Of a DNA stretch of 64,000 nucleotides, positions 59,543-64,000 are shown in pieces (position 1 is the stretch's first letter; each line of letters starts with the position of its first letter). The notes under the pieces were generated by a model. It was not told the origin of the DNA, made no database searches, and saw only the letters and a program-made list of their open reading frames with translations. Origin of the DNA: an uncultured Verrucomicrobiae bacterium (GTDB taxonomy: Bacteria; Verrucomicrobiota; Verrucomicrobiia; Chthoniobacterales; UBA10450); assembly GCA_963726745.1 (NCBI GenBank), contig CAVSDR010000004.1:192001-256000 (forward strand), read 5' to 3'. A program made the position numbers and the translations under genes.

Positions 59543-60659
59543 GTGTTTGAACTGCTGCAAACCGATCCCGCGTCGAAAGCCCGCCGCGGCCGCCTAACGA
59601 CCGCGCATGGTGTGATCCAGACGCCGGCGTTCATGCCCGTGGGCACGCAGGGGTCGGTCAAGGCCGTAAGTCCGCGCGAACTCCGGGAGTTGCAGACGCA
59701 GATCCTCCTCGGCAACACCTATCACCTTTTCGTCCGGCCGGGCCTGGAGATTATCCGGCACTTTGGCGGGCTCCATCGTTTCATGAATTGGGACGGGCCC
59801 ATCCTGACCGACAGCGGCGGTTACCAGATCTTCTCGTTAGCCAAGATCCGCCGGATCACCGAGGAAGGCGCGCGCTTCCAAAATCATCTCGACGGCACGC
59901 CCACCTTCATTTCGCCGGAGATCGCGATGGAAATCCAGGCCTCGTTAGGCAGCGACATCGCGATGGTGCTGGATGAATGCCCGCCCTGGCCGTGCGAACG
60001 CGACTACGCCGCGCGGAGTCTGGAGATGACGGCGCGCTGGGCGCGGCGCAGCCAAGAGGCGCCACATGCGGAAGGCCAGTTGATCTTCGGCATCGTGCAA
60101 GGGGCGACGTTTCGCGGATCTGCGCCGGGAGGCGGCGGAGGCGACGGTCGCGCTCGGGTTCGATGGCTATGCCATCGGCGGGGTGAGCGTGGGCGAACCG
60201 GAGCCGGAGATGATGCTCGCAGTGGAAAACAGCGAGCCGTTTCTGCCGAAGGATAAGCCGCGCTATTGCATGGGCCTGGGGACGCCGCCGCAGATCGTCG
60301 AGCTGATCGCGCGCGGCGTGGATATGTTCGATTGCGTGCTGCCGACCCGCCTGGCGCGGCACGGGACGGTCTTCACCGCGGGCGGCACACTGAACTTGAA
60401 GAACGCGGAGTTCGCGCTCGACCGGGGGCCGATCGAAGACGGCTGCAGTTGCCCGGCGTGCGCGGAATTTTCGCGCGGCTACATCCGGCATCTGCTGAAA
60501 GCGGAGGAGATCCTCGGGCTGCGGCTGGTCACGTTGCACAACCTGCATTTTTATCTCGGCCTCACCACGCGTGCGCGCGTCGCGATCGAGGATGGAACCT
60601 TCGCGGAGTTCCGGCGGGAGTTTGTCGGCAACTACGCGGTCCGCGCGGCCGAGTCCTGA
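59543..60659 (+). CDS. tgt: Queuine tRNA-ribosyltransferase (split by a +1 indel near 60110)
   Basis: TPAFMPVGT, LTDSGGYQ, FGIVQG | DGYAIGG, DMFDCVLPTR, CSCPAC..HNL. Confidence 0.94.
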
Positions 60660-63600
60660 GATCGACGGCGAAACCGGCGGCGCTGCGAATAGGCGAGCCC
60701 GAGGAAAGCGAGTGCGCCGGCCGCATAGGTCCCCGGTTCCGGCACCGCGGAGATCGGCGTGAGCTCGAAGAAGCCGCCGCCTAAATCAAATTGCGCCGCG
60801 CCCGGTCCGTAGCCATTGAAGGCGAAGCTCGCGAGGTTCCCGAGCTGGCTGGAATTAAAGATCAGCCGATCGGTGCCGCTATTGCCCACCGTGGCCAGGA
60901 GGCCGGTCCAGTTCAGGATCGTGACGAGATTCCCGCTCGGGACGAAGCTGGCAAAGCTGAGCACCCCGACCGCGCCCGTCCCGAAATCCAGCTTGGAACC
61001 GGCGGCCGTCAGGGTGAGCGCGCCCATGCCCGCACTGTTGGCTGCGCCTTCGTTGAACGCGCCTTTGGCCAACGTCCCGCCGGCGAGCGTGACCGAGGCC
61101 GCGTTGTTGATCTGGTTGCTCGCCCCGAGCAAGAGCGTGCCGCCGGAGTTGACCGTGATCGCGGTGGTCGAAGCGAGGGCGCTGCCCGAGGTGGTGCCGA
61201 GGAGCAATGTGCCCGCCTCGACCGTGGTCGTGCCGGTGAAATTGTTTAAGCCGGTGAGAGTGAGGACGCCGGTCCCGCTTTTCGCAAGGCTGCCCGTGCC
61301 GGTGAGGACGCCGGAGAAAGTCGTGCTCGTGCCGTCGCCCCCGGCGGTGAGCTTGGTCCCGCTACTGCCGACCACACCGAGGCTGATTGTGCCCGCGCCG
61401 GCGACGGAGCCGACGGTTTCGCTGTTGTCGTTCAAATCGAAGGTCGCGCCGCTGGCCACGACCACGGCCGAGTTATCGTGAATCCGTTCCGCGGCGGCGA
61501 GCTGCAGGGTGCCGCCGTTGATGGAGGTCGCGCCCGTCCGCGTGCTGCTGCCGGCCAGGATGAGCATGCCCGCGCCGATCTTGGTTAACGAACGCGCGCC
61601 GCCGCTTTCGGAGAGCGTGCCGTTGAGGATGAAGCTGTCGTCCAGGAGCTGAATGCCGATGGTGGAGTTCGAAGCGAGGACGATGTTGCCATTCCAGATG
61701 TTGTCGCCGGCGGCGACATCGATCGCGCCCGCGCCAGCCACGCCGCTGCCGTTGAGGGTGATCGTCTCGTTCCCCACGGTCAGGCCGGCAGGATCGATGA
61801 ACTGCAAGGCCGCGCCATTCGCGACCACGGTTTCGTTCCCCACCCCGGTGGCGCCGAGGGCCGCGGAATTTTGCACGCGAAGCACTCCGGTGTTGATCGA
61901 AGTGAGGCCGGTGAAAGTGTTGGCTGCGGTCAGGGTCAGGCTGCCGTTGCCGTTCTTGCTCACCCCGCCGCTGCCACTGATGACGCCGTTTGCCTGGATG
62001 TCGCCCGCGCCGGTGAAAGCGAGCGCGCGCGTCCCGAGCGAAATGGCGCCCACGCTCAGCAGTCCGCTATCGGAGCCGATCGTGCTGTCGCCCGCGAGGG
62101 TGATGCCGCCGGTCCACGAGCCGCCCGCGGTCGCGCGCAACGCGCCTGCGCCCGTGACCCCATTGCCCTCGAGGGTCAGGCTTTCGCCGTTGATCGAGAT
62201 CGCGCCGCCGAGCCGCAGCTCCGCACCCGCCATCACCGTCGTTCCGCTCGCGGTGCCGCCGAAGGCGCTCGCGTTTTGCGCCAGCAAGACGCCGGCATTG
62301 ACGCTCGTTAGGCCGGCGAAATTGTTCGCGCCGGATAGCGTGAGCGTGCCGCTGCCAGTCTTGGTGAAGCCGCCCGGGCCGCTCAGGATGCCCGAGAAAG
62401 TCGTGTCCAGGTTATTCGTCCCGGCCGAAAGCAGGGCGCTGCCTAACGACACTGCGCCCGCACCGCTGAGCGAGCCGACGGATTGGTTGAAGCTGTCCAA
62501 ATCGAGCGTCGCACCACTGGCCACGCTCAGGTCCGTCGCGCCCGCCAAAGCGCTGGCTAAACCAAGGCGCAGCGTGCCGGCGTTCACATTGGTCGCGCCG
62601 GTGAAAGTGTTCGCACCGGAAAGAGTCAGCACGCCGGTGCCGGTCTTAACGAAGGCACCGCTGCCGGTGAGGACACCGGAATAGGCGGTCGAAGAATTAT
62701 TCGCGCCCGCCGTTAGCGTCCCGGCTCCGAGTTGAACCGCGCCGCTGCCCGCGAGCGAGCCGATGCTGTCGCTGTATCCATTCAGCGCAAAGGTGGTGCC
62801 GCTCGCCAGGGTGAGGGCCGAGAGACTGGAGACGCCGTTCGCGCCCGCAAGCTGAAGCGTGCCGGCGCTGACTGTTGTCGCGCCGCTGTAGCTGCCGGCG
62901 GCGCTGAGCGTCAGCATGCCGGTCCCGGTTTTCGTCCAGCCGAACAAGCCCGAGATCGCGCCCAGGGTGGCGTTCGCCGAGGAGGTATCGAAGGTCGCAG
63001 CGCCGCTCAGCGTGACCGCGCCCAGCGTGAGGCCGGCGCCGTTGCTGCCGGTAAAGCTGAGCGTGCTCGCGCCGATCGCCAGCGTGCCGAGAGCATGAGT
63101 CACGGCCGGCGTGGTGCCGGTGAGGCGGCTGGCGTCGATCGTGGAATTCGCCGTGACCGTGAGATCGTTTGCGAAGTTGGTGCTGGCATCGTTGCGCAAG
63201 CGCAAGCTGCCGCCGTTCAGAGTCACACGGCCGCGATTGATCGCATCTCCGAGGGACTGCGCATCGCGCAGCTCGACGCTGCCGGCATTGATCTGGAGGA
63301 CGCCGTCAAAGTTTGCGTTGCCGCTCGGCACCACGAGCGCCCCGGCACCTTTCTTAAAGAGCGTGCTCGCGACGTTGCCGGTGACGAGAACATTGGCCGC
63401 GTTGCCGAGGGTGAGGGTTTGGCCGGAATTGATATCGAGCGTGCCGGCGAGATCCGCGGCCACGCTGAAGACCTTGGTCGCATCGGCCACGAACCCGGCG
63501 GTCACGTTGAGCGTGCCGCCGTTGAAAGTGACGTCGTTGCCGACATTCCCGAGATTGTTTTCCGCGCTGATCTGGAGCACGCCGCCGTTGAGGAAATTTG

Positions 63601-64000
63601 TGCCCGTGTAGATGTTCGCCCCGGAAAGAATGAGGAGCCCGCTGTCGGCTTTAGTCAGCGAGACGAGGCCGTCATCGGCGTCGCCGTAGAGGCCATTCGC
63701 GCCGGCGTTGTTGATGATGCTGGAAGAAATCGTGAGCGAGTCCGAGCCGTTGACCGCGATCGAGAGCGCGCCATTTGCGATCCCGCCCGCGGTCAACCGC
63801 CCCGCGCCGGAGATGGTGCTCGCAAGCGGGCTGCTCTTGATCAAGCCGCCGCTGGAGAGGTTGAGGGTGCGGGTGGCATCGCTGCCGAGATCGAGCGTGG
63901 CGATATCGTTCAAGACCAGCGCCTGGTTAGTCGTGGTGCCCGCGCCGGTCAAAGTGAACCCCGAAGCCTGGGCCAGGCTGGTCAGCTGCACCGTGGTCGA
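60632..64000 (-). CDS. Autotransporter-associated beta-strand repeat protein with PEP-CTERM tail (5' end outside the window)
   Basis: Many KTGxGxLTLSGANTFTGxTxVNAGTL repeats; ends VPEPGTYAAGALAFLGLAYSQRRRFRRR. Confidence 0.9.
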   Translation of the reverse strand, partial: STTVQLTSLAQASGFTLTGAGTTTNQALVLNDIATLDLGSDATRTLNLSSGGLIKSSPLASTISGAGRLTAGGIANGALSIAVNGSDSLTISSSIINNAGANGLYGDADDGLVSLTKADSGLLILSGANIYTGTNFLNGGVLQISAENNLGNVGNDVTFNGGTLNVTAGFVADATKVFSVAADLAGTLDINSGQTLTLGNAANVLVTGNVASTLFKKGAGALVVPSGNANFDGVLQINAGSVELRDAQSLGDAINRGRVTLNGGSLRLRNDASTNFANDLTVTANSTIDASRLTGTTPAVTHALGTLAIGASTLSFTGSNGAGLTLGAVTLSGAATFDTSSANATLGAISGLFGWTKTGTGMLTLSAAGSYSGATTVSAGTLQLAGANGVSSLSALTLASGTTFALNGYSDSIGSLAGSGAVQLGAGTLTAGANNSSTAYSGVLTGSGAFVKTGTGVLTLSGANTFTGATNVNAGTLRLGLASALAGATDLSVASGATLDLDSFNQSVGSLSGAGAVSLGSALLSAGTNNLDTTFSGILSGPGGFTKTGSGTLTLSGANNFAGLTSVNAGVLLAQNASAFGGTASGTTVMAGAELRLGGAISINGESLTLEGNGVTGAGALRATAGGSWTGGITLAGDSTIGSDSGLLSVGAISLGTRALAFTGAGDIQANGVISGSGGVSKNGNGSLTLTAANTFTGLTSINTGVLRVQNSAALGATGVGNETVVANGAALQFIDPAGLTVGNETITLNGSGVAGAGAIDVAAGDNIWNGNIVLASNSTIGIQLLDDSFILNGTLSESGGARSLTKIGAGMLILAGSSTRTGATSINGGTLQLAAAERIHDNSAVVVASGATFDLNDNSETVGSVAGAGTISLGVVGSSGTKLTAGGDGTSTTFSGVLTGTGSLAKSGTGVLTLTGLNNFTGTTTVEAGTLLLGTTSGSALASTTAITVNSGGTLLLGASNQINNAASVTLAGGTLAKGAFNEGAANSAGMGALTLTAAGSKLDFGTGAVGVLSFASFVPSGNLVTILNWTGLLATVGNSGTDRLIFNSSQLGNLASFAFNGYGPGAAQFDLGGGFFELTPISAVPEPGTYAAGALAFLGLAYSQRRRFRRRSQDSAARTA

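Larger units (their letters stand above)
1161..62449. repeat. Dispersed over-represented motif TCGTTAG(N)C / G(N)CTAACGA
   Basis: 37 copies of the 7-mer core and 21 exact TCGTTAGGC by manual scan, in both orientations. Confidence 0.85.

Noticed and set aside
21256..60659. Frameshifts in recJ, mqnA, secretin, rplF, fusA (two), ABC-F, the ParB-like gene and tgt as pseudogenes or programmed frameshifts
   Set aside because: They hit essential genes (rplF, fusA), and most are single-base changes in short homopolymers that restore conserved sequence when corrected. Long-read sequencing error is the simplest explanation.
1..64000. CRISPR arrays, tRNA/rRNA genes, IS elements
   Set aside because: I found no repeat-spacer arrays, cloverleaf motifs or transposase ORFs. 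The tandem repeats seen are all protein-coding.

Overview
GC-rich bacterial chromosome segment, most likely Verrucomicrobiota (Chthoniobacterales-like). This is inferred from a PEP-CTERM protein, a duplicated 'NISTR' C-terminal domain, futalosine genes and the rpsL-rpsG-fusA-rpsJ order. Most of the window is housekeeping: aroF-mfd-surA-pdxA, dksA-rpmG-rpsR, sppA-thiL-tsaE-tsaB-alr, degP-recG-recJ, mqnE/mqnA, a secretin, the str/S10/spc ribosomal cluster ending at rpsD, an ABC-F gene, tgt and two large secreted proteins. Eight genes are broken by single-base indels that look like long-read errors. Two signals stand out. (1) At 54.7-59.3 kb there is an apparent RiPP-like operon. It has an unannotated 55-aa precursor (LEKLEQRIAP leader plus nine GSK repeats), an RRE-like/M50 peptidase/HlyD fusion, a ParB/Srx-motif enzyme and a FemABX-type aminoacyl-tRNA-dependent transferase. 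(2) A non-palindromic DNA word, TCGTTAG(N)C, occurs 37 times by manual count in both orientations and several reading frames, often using rare codons or stop codons. It resembles an uptake-sequence or HIP1-like genome motif.
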